A DNA stretch of 63,817 bases, the filler included, from Octopus bimaculoides (taxonomy: Eukaryota): assembly GCF_001194135.2 (NCBI RefSeq). It is 5 parts of 4 records of this genome, joined end to end, with 100 filler letters (N's around TTAATTAATTAA, not from the genome) between each part and the next. Parts side by side here need not be neighbours in the genome. Positions count along the whole stretch, not along the records: positions 34,572 to 50,397 come from NC_068988.1; positions 50,498 to 61,921 come from NC_068983.1; 3 more parts are not named here. One strand, written 5' to 3'. The notes under the pieces were generated by a model, which saw only the letters and a program-made list of their open reading frames with translations, was not told the DNA's origin and did not search any database. Positions 38,993 to 51,046 of the stretch are shown piece by piece (position 1 is the first letter of the stretch; every line of letters starts with the position of its first letter). The translations under genes were made by a program, and so were the position numbers.

Positions 38993-39270
38993 GGGCATAT
39001 GGCGTAGTGGTTAAGAGCGCGGGCTACTAACCCCAAGGTTCCGAGTTCGATTCACGGCAGCGACCTGATTAATAATAGTAATAATAATAATATAATAATA
39101 ATAATAGTAACATCGATAGGAATGAGAACCCAAGTTCGAAATTTCCCTAAGACACCTGACGAAGGCTGGAGGGTATATCAGCCGAAACGTGTTAACAACA
39201 AACAAGATGAGGACGAATATCCGTCAAATGTAAATAATGTAAATAATTCCTCATCTCTTAAATATAGAAC
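38993..39270 (+). mobile_element. tRNA-head/(AAT)n/hammerhead module directly 3' of the PLE ORF
   Basis: A-box TGGCGTAGTGG at 39000-39010, B-box GAGTTCGATTC at 39043-39053, (AAT)n, hammerhead core at 39156-39190 with a 3-nt deletion at the cleavage site, and tail to 39270. Confidence 0.9.
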
Positions 39271-39649
39271 CTACATCTTAACGCACCCACACACATGCCC
39301 CGTGCTCGTATGTGTGCGCCCATATATACCCATACATACATTTGCTTATGTGTACTTACCCGTTCTCGCACTTACACACAAACACAAACACCCCCCCCCC
39401 TACATATCGAAACCTTCGCAAATACATGTGCTCACACACGCGCACCTTAACTTGCTTGCCTGTTTATATACATACATTCCTGTATATATACAGACGTGCC
39501 AATACTCACACACGCGCATACCTACATATGCACGCATACAAATACACACACGTACACACATTTGTATATATTTGTACACACTTGTATGTATGCACAAGCA
39601 TACACCTATATCAGCATTTAACTGATAAATGTCGTCATTTGTGTGGGTT

Positions 39650-41553
39650 AAATTGTTGCAGTAATTATTACTGCTACCGGTTTGAACATTCCTAATATTG
39701 TGGTTATGATTGGGATGGTGGTCTATAGATGAATCTAAAAATCTGAGATTGTGTGAAGATATTATCTGTAACAAGTTTTTGGTGTTCGAGAATCCAAATC
39801 TAACCTTATGCGAGTTGATAATTGGGTAATAGTGGGAGCCTTTAGGGAAATTCCTACTCACCGCGTCTCGGAACTGTCGGACCAAATCTGATTTGACCTG
39901 CTTTCCAAATGGGAGGATGAGCCAGATATTCTTATTACTATCAACAGATCTAGGTGTAGTATCAGAGTGGTTAAACATGCAAAGGTTTTTGAATTTATAA
40001 AAGCATTTGGGGCCAGTAGGGGCCCTTCTCCTATGTGTGTTAAGAGGGTGACCAACTTTTTCAGTAAAGTGAGAAGGATGGGAAGGAATGGACCTGGGTT
40101 CAACTACGCTAGTAAAGGGGGTATCATGCTCTGTAGGAGGGGAAGGATCACTAGAAGAGTTAATGTACACTACCTTTTCCCTATAGCCGGCCCTTGATAA
40201 GGCTGAATTGTAGAAGTCAGCCACCTTATTAAAGATTTGGGAGTTAGAAGAAAGTTTGGAAAGCCTAATTGAGATATTCCTAACTAAATTACTGGTTATG
40301 TGTCTTGGATGGTTACTAAAGGGGCTTATATACTTGAGATTAGTTGAAGGCTTATGGAATGGGAAATGAGTTTTATTGTGTAAATCTAAGGTAACGTCCA
40401 GAAAGTTTGCCACAGAGACCTCATCCTCAAAAACAATGCCAAAGCCCATTCTCTTAAAGAATCTGGCTTATCTGTTTTTAACTTTTTGGATACTCTGAGC
40501 AGAGGCCTTATGGAGGTATAGGAGACAGTCGTCCCTATAAAGACCTCCCTTAATATTAGGGAACTGGTCTGCCATTTCGTATAATATATACGAACAGACC
40601 ACATCGGCTATTTGAGCTGAATCCGAACTACCCATAGGAACATCAAAAGCCTCCGGAGTGTCCTTACGTATCCAGAGTTTGTTGTTAAATTTAATGATAG
40701 ATTTACGGGCCGCTAGAATTACATTAATTTCCTCCCTAGAAAGACCTGCTTTATTGTGTACAAACCAAAGCGCTTTGTTAAGGACACTAGGGTTAATAGA
40801 GGAGTAGAAACTAGAAATGTCAAACTGTATGAATTTGGTATTATCCTTATCCTTGATTGAGTTAAACCAGTCTATAACTTGAGAAGAGTTAGACTAAAGG
40901 TTCAGCTTTAACTTGTTGATTATAGTGGGTATATATTTGTCCAGAATGTTTTTGCTAAGAATGCCTAAGTCAGACCTAGAGGGACAAATGAGACGTAGAG
41001 ACGGGTTGGACCAAAAATTCAGCTTATGGTCCTTAAGAACAAACCGGGGTTGTTTAGGGACCATAGGTTCAGTTCTATCCTGCAGATTGTATTTTAACAT
41101 AATTTCCTTAGCATCCAAGTTAGATTCTTGTAGAATATTGATTTTTTCTATCTCTTTCTTCAGTAGTTTATATAAATTTCCCGTTTTGTCCGACTGGACT
41201 AGTAATCCTTTTGTTCGATTGATTTTCTTGGTAATATTGTGGAGGTACCTAAGATGACTGTTCCTGAGAGTAGAGCGATGAAGCTTAATATTCCTTACTA
41301 TAGATCAAATGTCCTCTTCAAATTTATCCAACTTTGGGTTAGACGGGGGAGAATTCCTCGATTTGAAAAGACTCTTGAAGTTTAAATTAAAATCCTTTTT
41401 GTTATTAGGCATGTCCTTAGTATCATGGAAATAGGTTTTCCATCTAATTCTGTTTAGGAAGGAGTTAGTCTTGCTAATGAGGAATTTTATGAAAGTATTC
41501 CTTGGTGGTATTGGAATATCTTTTAGTGATGCGTTTATGTCGAAAAGTTCCAT
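39650..41553 (-). mobile_element. Penelope-like RT pseudogene, probably Naiad/Chlamys-type, with no endonuclease visible
   Basis: Single frame with three in-frame stops (41305, 40894, 40468). Motifs RIRWK, SDKTGN, LKDHK, QFDISSFYSSI, FDVPMGSSD, GLYRDD (40539-40528), NFLDVTLDL, SNHP, IISSHN. The clade call is from recalled motifs. Confidence 0.85.
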
Positions 41554-41602
41554 GATTGGTAACCATTAAATTAGCAGGCTTTAGTGAAGACTGTAGCAAT
41601 AT

Positions 41603-41668
41603 AGTCTTTTCAAATCGAGAAATTCTCCCCCGTCTAACCCAAAGTTGGATAAATTTGAAGAGGACATT
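41603..41668 (+). repeat. Inverted duplicate of PLE segment 41308-41373
   Basis: 66 bp with one mismatch. Confidence 0.9.
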
Positions 41669-42409
41669 TGGATTCTAGAACACTCAAAATGTATCACGTT
41701 TACTCGGTATATCAACCTGTAAATCGGCTGGGATATCTTGTTTTTTAGTGTAATTTTGCTACCCCTGGTAACTATTAATATACATAAAATAATATATAAA
41801 TACATATATATGTATGTATGTACATATATGCATTTATATATGTATATATATATATATATATTTGATTGTGACACCACGCATCCATTTCCAAGTAAGTTTA
41901 TCTATCTCTCTCTCTCTACNNNNNNNNNNNNNNNNNNNNNNNNNNNNNNNNNNNNNNNNNNNNNNNNNNNNNNNNNNNNNNNNNNNNNNNNNNNNNNNNN
42001 NNNNNNNNNNNNNNNNNNNNNNNNNNNNNNNNNNNNNNNNNNNNNNNNNNNNNNNNNNNNNNNNNNNNNNNNNNNNNNNNNNNNNNNNNNNNNNNNNNNN
42101 NNNNNNNNNNNNNNNNNNNNNNNNNNNNNNNNNNNNNNNNNNNNNNNNNNNNNNNNNNNNNNNNNNNNNNNNNNNNNNNNNNNNNNNNNNNNNNNNNNNN
42201 NNNNNNNNNNNNNNNNNNNNNNNNNNNNNNNNNNNNNNNNNNNNTATAAACGAAGGCAGCTATACACAATATAAAACCATAAAGGGAAAATTTAGTTGTA
42301 ACTGAGTGTGCAGTGTAGCACCTACATTTTAAAAATAAGAGTTAAAACGCCCTTACAGCCGCATACGAAACTGTAGGATAGTGATCTCGCTCGGTTACGG
42401 GCGGTTATC

Positions 42410-42542
42410 TCCCCTGTCAATAAGGTTTTAGTAGGCCCAGGGCTACGGTAGGAGACAGTTCACCAAGGTGCTAAGTAGTGGAACCAAACCCGAAAGCATG
42501 TGGCTGCAAAGCAATATTCTTATTATACAGGCACGTCTGCAC
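42410..42542 (-). mobile_element. Degenerate SINE family B head
   Basis: Reverse complement aligns to the family B 5' region. Confidence 0.65.
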
Positions 42543-42568
42543 CGAGAAGCTTGCATGAATGTATAAAT

Positions 42569-42614
<46 letters not shown>

Positions 42615-42738
42615 TGTATGTGTGTATGTATGGATGTGTGTGTGAGTGCGTCTGTATATACATGCATGTATATATATACTAATAACGATGACTGTTTTCC
42701 CTCTGGGAAAATGTCTACATATACATAGGTCTGTGCGC

Positions 42739-42814
<76 letters not shown>

Positions 42815-43501
42815 TTACATGCGCATATAAGTTTCTGCTTCTGTGTGTTGCGCGACAAAATATTCGAAATGGGATGGACATATATTTATGCTTGCTTTCT
42901 GTTGAACAACGAATGTATTTGACATGTCAGAAGCTGGAGAAAAACGGAAAAAGATAAACGTTGAGATGATAATTAGTAGACTCTAAGACATTTTAAATTG
43001 CAAACCACATAGGAACGAAATCAATTTATGAATCATACAGGAAATATAGAAGCCAAATTGATATCTCATGGGAAGGGACACTAGCAAATATGTAAATTCC
43101 ATACATTAGTACAATGTTACACTTGCAAAGGATGCGTACGTGTTTGCTTTGCTGCTATCTGAATGTATATAATTGTAATAGTCTCCAATGAAAAACTGAA
43201 TCTGTCATCAATAGACTTCGATAAAAGATTTTGAAAGAGACTTTAGTACTTACGTTATCGTTATTATTTAAACAATTGTTCAGTTACCTAATGAATATTA
43301 ACCGGAAATTTCATGTATGGAACAGCCTTATGCATATGAAACTCTACTCGCAACACAATTAATACATTAATATACTCTCTCTTCTTTCTTCCTCTCTTTA
43401 TATATGTGTATATGTGTATATGTGAGTGTGCGTGTGTGTGTGTGTGTGTGCGTGTAAATATGAGTGTGTGTGTGTGCGCTCTTGTTCCATTNNNNNNNNN
43501 N

Positions 43502-43554
<53 letters not shown>

Positions 43555-43799
43555 TCATATATTATCTAGAATATCCTGAGCCCACTTTTTACGACTTATA
43601 CATAAAATACCTACACTTTGAACCTGTGACTTCTCATTATAGTCAACAACCTCAAGCCAGAATATTGTTGGTCCAGCCAGACTGAATTTTCCTTAACACC
43701 CTTCACAAGAACAATTAGTTTCTATGTGCTTACTAGAACAGTTACAAATAACAACCGAAATCTTTGACCGAAAGCGGATATTTCATGTCCATATCGAAT

Positions 43800-44930
43800 G
43801 AACATGAAACCATCAGTTTTCTGTGGGGAAATCCAGGTAGAAGCTTGGGTGTTTCTTAACTGCTTTTAGTGCCCTCAAAAAGAGTTTCAGTAAGGATCGG
43901 GTGACTAGTCCCGAAAGCTATGAACTCTCTTCTGCTGGCTTAAAAGAAGACGAAGCATCGTTCAGAGGGATACTGTATTCAACGTCATTCGTCCCTAACG
44001 AATCAAGATTGTACAAGCACAGGTCTTCTTAATTCAGAAACGTCATCTTGTAAGAGTATAGTTGAAGGATAGCCCTTCCCCAGTCAAGAAGATGTTTTGT
44101 CGCATTATACAAGACTGTTAAAGTCAAGCTTGGCGCAATTGCGCTAATGGAACAACAAAACTATACAAGAAATTTACGCTTCTGTTATCATTCAGAACAT
44201 TCACACCAACTATGTAGTGAATTTCTAAAGTTTCCTGAACTGCGCGTCGGCTTTCCACCAAGAATCAATATCTTGCATGCCACAAACAAAGAGGAATGTG
44301 TCACTTCTTACCTTCATAATTAAAATGGGGCGAAAAAGGTCATACGTACATCATCCAGTGACAGGGCTCCTTAACCTGACGGCATTACGGTCGGGATCTC
44401 ACCTTGCCATAAAACTCACTAAGTTCTTTCGCTCAATGTTATGCCGTCGGAACATCCTACTACGGTTCAGTGACAACTTAATAGTCCACTTTTATAAGAA
44501 ATTGGGAAGAACCTCACTCGAGTACTTTTGAACTAGGTGATTAACACCTTAAATAGAGCCCTTCCTGATACAGTCAACATACTGTTTGCATCAATCAAAC
44601 TTCAAAAGTCTGGAGCGGTACCACGAAATACTCTGAAAAATTAGGACCAAGTACGGATGTCTTAGAAAATTTATTTGATCTGCTGCATTCATTTTATGAG
44701 GGGTTTTGTGCCAAAGGAATTGATAAAGTACAGTCGATAATGCCATTTTCAATTACGAACAGTGTTAAAAAAGGTCTTGTGCGGGAAGCCGCGCTTTTCT
44801 ATGTATGTTCAGCTGTGATGACTGATGTATTCCAGGACAGGAAGAATGGTTTACCCATGTGCTAATGCACTAATGACATGGTTTATGGGTTCCTGTTGCA
44901 GATAAAAGTTTTCTAAATGCAAACTCTACT
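43800..44930 (+). mobile_element. Old RTE-clade LINE RT relic
   Basis: Fragments SSDRAP*PDGI, KYGCLRKFI, and PFSITNSVKKG...SAVMTDVFQD...LLQIK (44740-44920), resembling RTE PFPVTNGVKQG...AMLTDAF. Confidence 0.7.
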
Positions 44931-45499
44931 ATACGCTAATACACATATACGTACATGCATAGATATGCATACATACGTACATACATATACACACACTCAT
45001 ATATTGTGACTGAACTACATCATGAGTGGATTATCAAAATATTATAATTAGCCAAATTTCCATAAACATTCCTAGCTACTATTCAATACCTGGGAATATC
45101 ACTTTACTTATCTAAGGTAATACAACTAAATCAAATCTGACAGCAAGTGTTATCAAAAAGACATCTTACAGCACATTAGCTCGACAAGTCTGCTCTTTAT
45201 CTTCTTACGAATCTTGTTATCAATAGTTACGAAACAATGTTTAGAGAACTGATTAATCTGCATTCATAAATATTTCTCACTTTTCATTATAAACAATCTG
45301 AAGCTCTATATTCAACAGACATCAGAATGGAAATAAATGAGCTCAGGGGTGCATTTTATCAGTAAGACGTGTAAAATGTTTACTTTTCCCTTCAAAACTA
45401 ATAGTGAATGATATAACTGTCTTTACATTCGAGTAAACCATAAATACCTTGGACATGATAACGTCAGTTATGATGAGTCGATTTGTAGGAAAAGGGTAA

Positions 45500-46380
45500 G
45501 AAAGAAATATCTCATGGGAATAAAGAAAAGATGGTCTCAGAACGTTTATCCTACAACGAACCCAAGATACCTCTGGAGGACATTTTCTGATATCAATAAA
45601 CTTGGCAAAATGAAATATAAGAACTCAGAAACTGCTCAAAGTTGCTAGAAATTTCATTAAGTAGCAAGATAAAGATAGGTTATACTTCCAACGCAAAGAA
45701 GACGGTTATGGCCACAAATCTGTATATATATTCTTTGAGGCCCGATTATAACACGAAAAGAACATCGTATGTGATGGTTAAGTATACAAGCACTGAATTA
45801 AATAATTATTAGGAGAGCTAATAAGGTTGTGTAATACTAGAAAGTCCTACTTAACACTAAAATGAAATAAAAAATAAACCAGTTTGCTAAGAAGGTTATT
45901 CATAGATATTTGAAACGAAAACCATACAGGAAATAATCCCTACAAAAATTGTGGCAACAATTACGGACAAGTTTATAAGATCTTATCTTGGTGATTATAC
46001 CATGAAATCCAAGAGTACATAATTCCCATCGAGTATCTTTTACAAAAGAGCAGAAAGAATCAGGTGAGAGCAAAATGTAGTCTATGCAAAACCTAAACCA
46101 TGGACATTAGCCAGATGATTGCCAACTTGACAGAATGTCTCTAGATAATAATATCCAATAAGTTATAATGCAGTATCCAGAGAACAATACGAAGTGAGAA
46201 AGGACAAAAAATCAGCAAAGGGAAATATATTGAAACAGATGGATTAACAGGGTTTGAAAGGAACTTAAGAAAAATGGAAAAAACGAAAAACTAACTATTC
46301 AACCAGGCATCACTGAGATAAGAAAAATACAAAAGAAAGGAAAGATCTATGAAGAATATGTAGATCCAATATACAAAATT
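45500..46380 (+). mobile_element. Old REL-type (R4/Dong-like) non-LTR relic
   Basis: DRLYFQRKEDGYG (45674-45712) resembles the DRLYxxRKEGGRG thumb motif. CSLCKT at ~46076. Heavily decayed. Confidence 0.5.
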
Positions 46381-47449
46381 CACTTACAGTATTGCAGCTA
46401 TTATTATTGGAACGACACGATAAGTACAGGATTGAAATATGTCTCAACTTAGGTTCTTGGAAAAATTGGGTAACCCGATAATTCATATCCGGTTATCTGA
46501 GACAGAGAAATTTCAAGACGTTGACGTTTAAAGTATGAAAGGTTGCGCAAAACAAGATTCATGTTTGTTTTTAAGCATATCTATTTTTCTTTACAGCCTT
46601 GCCACCGACCAGATGACAGGTCGAAATAACCATCAAAAATCAATTACAAAGAGAAATCACATAAACATATACAAACATGCTCTATATGCAGAAAAGCAAT
46701 AGTTAGGAATTCCATGTTATGTAACCAGTATGTGATATCAAAAGAACGTGTATTTATAAGGTGATAAATTACTACTTAAATACTGTCAATAAATTTTAAT
46801 ATATACAAACGTACACACACACTCGCACACGCATACACACACACACACACACACACAAACACACACAAACACAAACATACACACATATGTATGTATATAT
46901 ATATCGTTGCTATTATGTTAAACTGTTGTATGTCCAAATTTGGCCGAATGCGTTTTTCAATATTTAGTTTTACTTGCAATAGCCAATTGTTTTGATCAAA
47001 CTATCGTATCTCCAGCTGCTTCAGATGCAATATATCGAAAATTGTCAAAGTGTAGTTCAACGGTTTTGTTATGAAATGGTGAAAGTATTTCTTTCGTTTT
47101 CTGCAAAAGTAACGTTTTGGACTTACGACACTTTTGCATAATAGCAACGATATATAGTACGATGAATATTTAGTACAGTGAGTAATCGTTACTAAACACA
47201 ATATCATCGTAAACACAGTTATCTTATTTACGTTTATATGTATGAAAAATTGAGCCCATCTCATTCACATTATTGTCATCCTTTTACTTCTGATGGCTTA
47301 GGTTCCGATTATATCTAAATTTATTATGAAAGATATGTCGTCGAGGAGTGGGAAGAAGTGCTTCAGAAAACACACTAATCGGGGTTTTTTTCTTCATAAC
47401 ATTCAGAAAAATGGGTATTTTTGAATGAAAATTTCGCGACAAATACCTT

Positions 47450-48330
47450 TCAGAATGTATAGTTTATATCAAGATTTAGAATGGAAATTAAAATCGATGT
47501 GGATCTTTGTGGTTTTCGTCACTGTTTACAATTTGTTTCAATTGTTTTCAAATTTGGTATATGGATTAAGTTTTGTATACCAATTATGAAAAGTAAATTC
47601 ATTTTCCAATAAATCCATAATTAAAAAGTTATTAGCCTTTAAAATTTGCAAAATTTAGGTATTTTAGCCAATCAGAAGCCAGTATTTTAGACATCACCGT
47701 GGTGAAGAAGCTTGTTTCTAAAGTAAGCAAAACAAAGAAGCACTACGTGTGCCATAGCTGATTGCGAACAACTCTGTTTCCATAGTAACCAAAGACGCAG
47801 CGCATACGCACAAGGAGTGTAACCACCACTTGTTCTATAATTGTTTTCATAACAGATGGGACTCATACTCAACAAATTGAAAGTACCTGGGCATGATTGA
47901 CTCTTATCTTTATGAATTTATGTGAAGGAGATACGAGAAAGATAATTTTATAAAATCCTAGAGTGTATTGCAAACCATCACTCTTGAATGTTAACTAATA
48001 AATCTGTTTTAAACAATATCTTGACTGTTATTTCTAGCAACTCTTGCTGGTTTGTTCGTAGCTTTTAAATATTTAATTTGCTCGCGAATGTTTTTATGTT
48101 TTTCACTGTTTACTGTAGCTAGTTTAATGTTTTGGCATGATAGTATCCCCCACACCTCATTATGGAAGAGGCACCGAACGCGCTGTTTTCTGATCGGCTG
48201 AAAATTCTGAAAATTATCAAACTTTGAACACCCGTAATATTTTTGCAAAGTTTTCTGGAATAAATGAATAAAAAATTCGGATTCAGTGTCAAAAATTACA
48301 TCTCTTTGATACATAATGTTTTTTTAAGAT
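47450..48330. mobile_element. Decayed TIR element/MITE
   Basis: TTTTAGCCAATCAGAA (47662-47677) is inverted relative to TTCTGATCGGCTGAAAA (48188-48204), with weak flanking inverted similarity. Confidence 0.35.
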
Positions 48331-48836
48331 AATTGTAAAGTGAGGAAAGCCACAAAGATCATTTCTGGCGCCACTCTAATGGCCTCTGTTCCTCTGAGCT
48401 GGCTCCTCTCGTATTACCTCCACACAATAACTCTCGACACAGTTACCTCTCCTTCTCTCATCAGTTACTTTGTGTTGTCGAATGTCCCAGATCACTCTAC
48501 TAACCACTACACAGTTGTTTCTTCCTGTTCACGTCTTTCCTACTGTCGTCATCTTGCAACAGTTAAAGCGTAACATTAACAGCTTTAATCTCTCCTGTCT
48601 TGCAACGGCTCTTCCAGATCAAACAAACAAAACCATGAAATTGTGTGTATTTCTTTCATCAATAACAATTCTATTGTGGCTGTATCCTTAACAGCATTAA
48701 CTTCATCAATCATTTACACTAGTTGCACTTCAATATCATATATCCAACTTGAACAATCAGATAACACAAGAAATTTCTATTAAACATTCATGATGGCCGC
48801 TCCAAATCTCCTACATTTGTCTACCCTTCTACTGTT

Positions 48837-48923
48837 ATATCTCTCACTCTTCTCTGTCTGTTTGTCTCTCTCTCTCTCTCTCTTTCTTTCTCTCTCTCTC
48901 TCTCTCTTTCTTTCTCTCTCTCC

Positions 48924-48956
<33 letters not shown>

Positions 48957-48973
48957 CCTCTCTCTCTCTCTCC

Positions 48974-49045
<72 letters not shown>
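48837..49045 (+). repeat. (CT)n microsatellite
   Basis: Direct reading. Confidence 0.95.
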
Positions 49046-49046
<1 letters not shown>

Positions 49047-49847
49047 GACGGTTGTGGGGAAACGGGAAAGAAAAGTAAAGAGAGATTTTTTTTTAAACAG
49101 TAATAATGTGAAGTAATGCTCTCAAGTATAACATACTCTGTAAAAGATATCGAGAAATTGTCAACGTTATTTGATATAGTTTCCAGGTATCCCAGTTTCA
49201 TTTAGCTAGCACTACAAATGCCCTTGGTCTATGTCATTGACGTTTATTCATTTAATATTAGTTTGAAGACTTTGGAAGTAGGAAAACAGCACAATGACAA
49301 ATAAAGGACGTAGTATTTAATTTCGTTCATGTACTTCTTAAGTTCAAATTATCCTTAGTCAAATAATCTACTCTCTCAAACATTCTTTTGTGCAATGCTC
49401 CTCAATTCACTAAAACATCGTGTTACTACAAAAAGTCGGTACCTGTTGTCCAAAATAAATAATTATTTTCCTGATTTTGCAAGGATAAGTAAATGACAAA
49501 AATGTAAGATAGCTTGCATTGTTTAAATTCATTCGGCTACATTTGGGTTAATATCCCTTCGTCATCGACTTGATTCGATAGTGAACTCAGTTCAAATATC
49601 GATAGAACTGTGCGAGCGCAGTGAAATGTTTTCATGGAGAATCGAAACTGGATTACAGAGTTGAATCGATCAGTACTTACTACTTTACCTCTACGATACT
49701 CTCTTAATATAATTTAGAAACTTATGTAGTTTAAAATTATAGAGGGTGTGGATTCCTTGAATCAAGTGAGTTAACAGCAAATCACACACCAGGAGTGTTG
49801 TTTGTATCCAGTACTCGTGGCTACAAAGTGTAAACACTTAAAGACCT

Positions 49848-50017
49848 ACATTATTTACATTTAAAGGATATTTGTCCTCATCTTGTTTGTTGTTAACACA
49901 ACGTTTCGGCTGATATACCCTCCAGCCTTCAGCAGGTGTCTTGGGGAAATTTCGAACCTAGGATCTCATTCCTAAGGTATTTTTCAATGTTATTAACATT
50001 ATTATTATTCAGTAGTT
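49848..50017 (-). mobile_element. Hammerhead module lacking its tRNA head
   Basis: (AAT)n-...GACAC-CTGCTGA-AGGCTG...CAGCC-GAAACGTT-GTGTT. The core is mutated (CTGCTGA). Confidence 0.9.
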
Positions 50018-50397
50018 TTATTTTTATAACGTGCTTTCACTTCACTACCGAGCGCAGCTCTGTGCGCCTTGGGTATGTGCTGTGGTTTGCTGTGGTGCTC
50101 TTATGTTTACTGTATTGAAAGTGTTTTGCGTAGAATGTGTGCAGTACCCAGTAGTGCAATTTTCTGTATGTTATATATATTTGTAAGTCCTGGTGTTTTT
50201 GTTATGTATTTGTCTGAATATTTTTTTATTATACCTAAGGCACCTACTATGATAGGAATTGTTTCTGTTTTTAGATTCCACATTCGAGTTATCTCTATTT
50301 CCAGGTCTTTGTATTTTGAAAGTTTTTCCATTTCTTTTAGAGAAACGTTGTCATCTGCTGGTATTGAAACATCAATTAGAAGGCATTTTTTTCCTTC
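50018..50397 (-). mobile_element. 3' end of an R4/Dong-type non-LTR retrotransposon (REL endonuclease plus 3' UTR)
   Basis: CLLIDVSIPADDN...KLSKYKDLEIEITRMW...PIIVGALG...IQKIALLGTAHILRKTL*. Uninterrupted up to the N gap, and the 3' UTR ends in the AAT tract. Confidence 0.9.
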
Positions 50398-50498
50398 NNN
50401 NNNNNNNNNNNNNNNNNNNNNNNNNNNNNNNNNNNNNNNNNTTAATTAATTAANNNNNNNNNNNNNNNNNNNNNNNNNNNNNNNNNNNNNNNNNNNNG

Positions 50499-51046
50499 AC
50501 ATTTAGGAGGGCGTCCTTCCAAAATCACTGGATACCTTGCCTGAGCCGTCCTTAAAAAGTCTGGAAACACCAGACTCGCAATCGACTGGGACCACAGGGT
50601 CAACACCGCTTTTGACCCCTCCCAGTCAATTGCTGGCAAAATTCTTACTTGAGGAGCTTGGTTCCAGTGCCGCCCAGACCCCGGCAGAAAGAATCTTCTA
50701 TCCACTCGGGCTTTATTCCAGGCGGCAACCCGCAGACCCAAGCCCTCGTTATTTTTTGTCCACAATATGTGGGCAGAAACAAAATTTCTTTGCCCTCAAT
50801 GGGCCCACTCACAAATTTGCGAGCTTCACTCGGGGAGTCAAAAAGCAACCACACGGTTGCATATTTGACTCCCCTTGAAATATATTTAAAGTTGGCATTA
50901 ACATTCGTAAGTTCCTTTTCAATAATAGTTTGAGGAAAGACAGTGACGCTATCCAACACCTTTGAGTAGGTTCGGAGCGTCACTGTTCTTTCCTCCATTT
51001 CTTTCAACCACTGTTTGGGTGGGCACAGTTCCCACTCCAAGACAGT
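50499..51046 (-). mobile_element. LINE ORF1 fragment (L1/Tx1-like, upstream of a zinc knuckle)
   Basis: ...WLLFDSPSEARKF...ITRAWVCGLPPGIKPEWIED, then after a frameshift ...RYPVILEGRPPKC. Typical of the ORF1 RRM-like region leading into a CCHC knuckle. Both ends lie in gaps. Confidence 0.7.

Noticed and set aside
38993-39065. tRNA gene with anticodon ACT (also other tRNA-like heads)
   Set aside because: Acceptor and anticodon stems pair poorly and the sequence runs into repeat bodies. It is a tRNA-derived promoter, not a tRNA gene.
46590-46635. GACC-loop-GGTC-GAAA hairpin resembling hammerhead stem II
   Set aside because: No CUGANGA core upstream.
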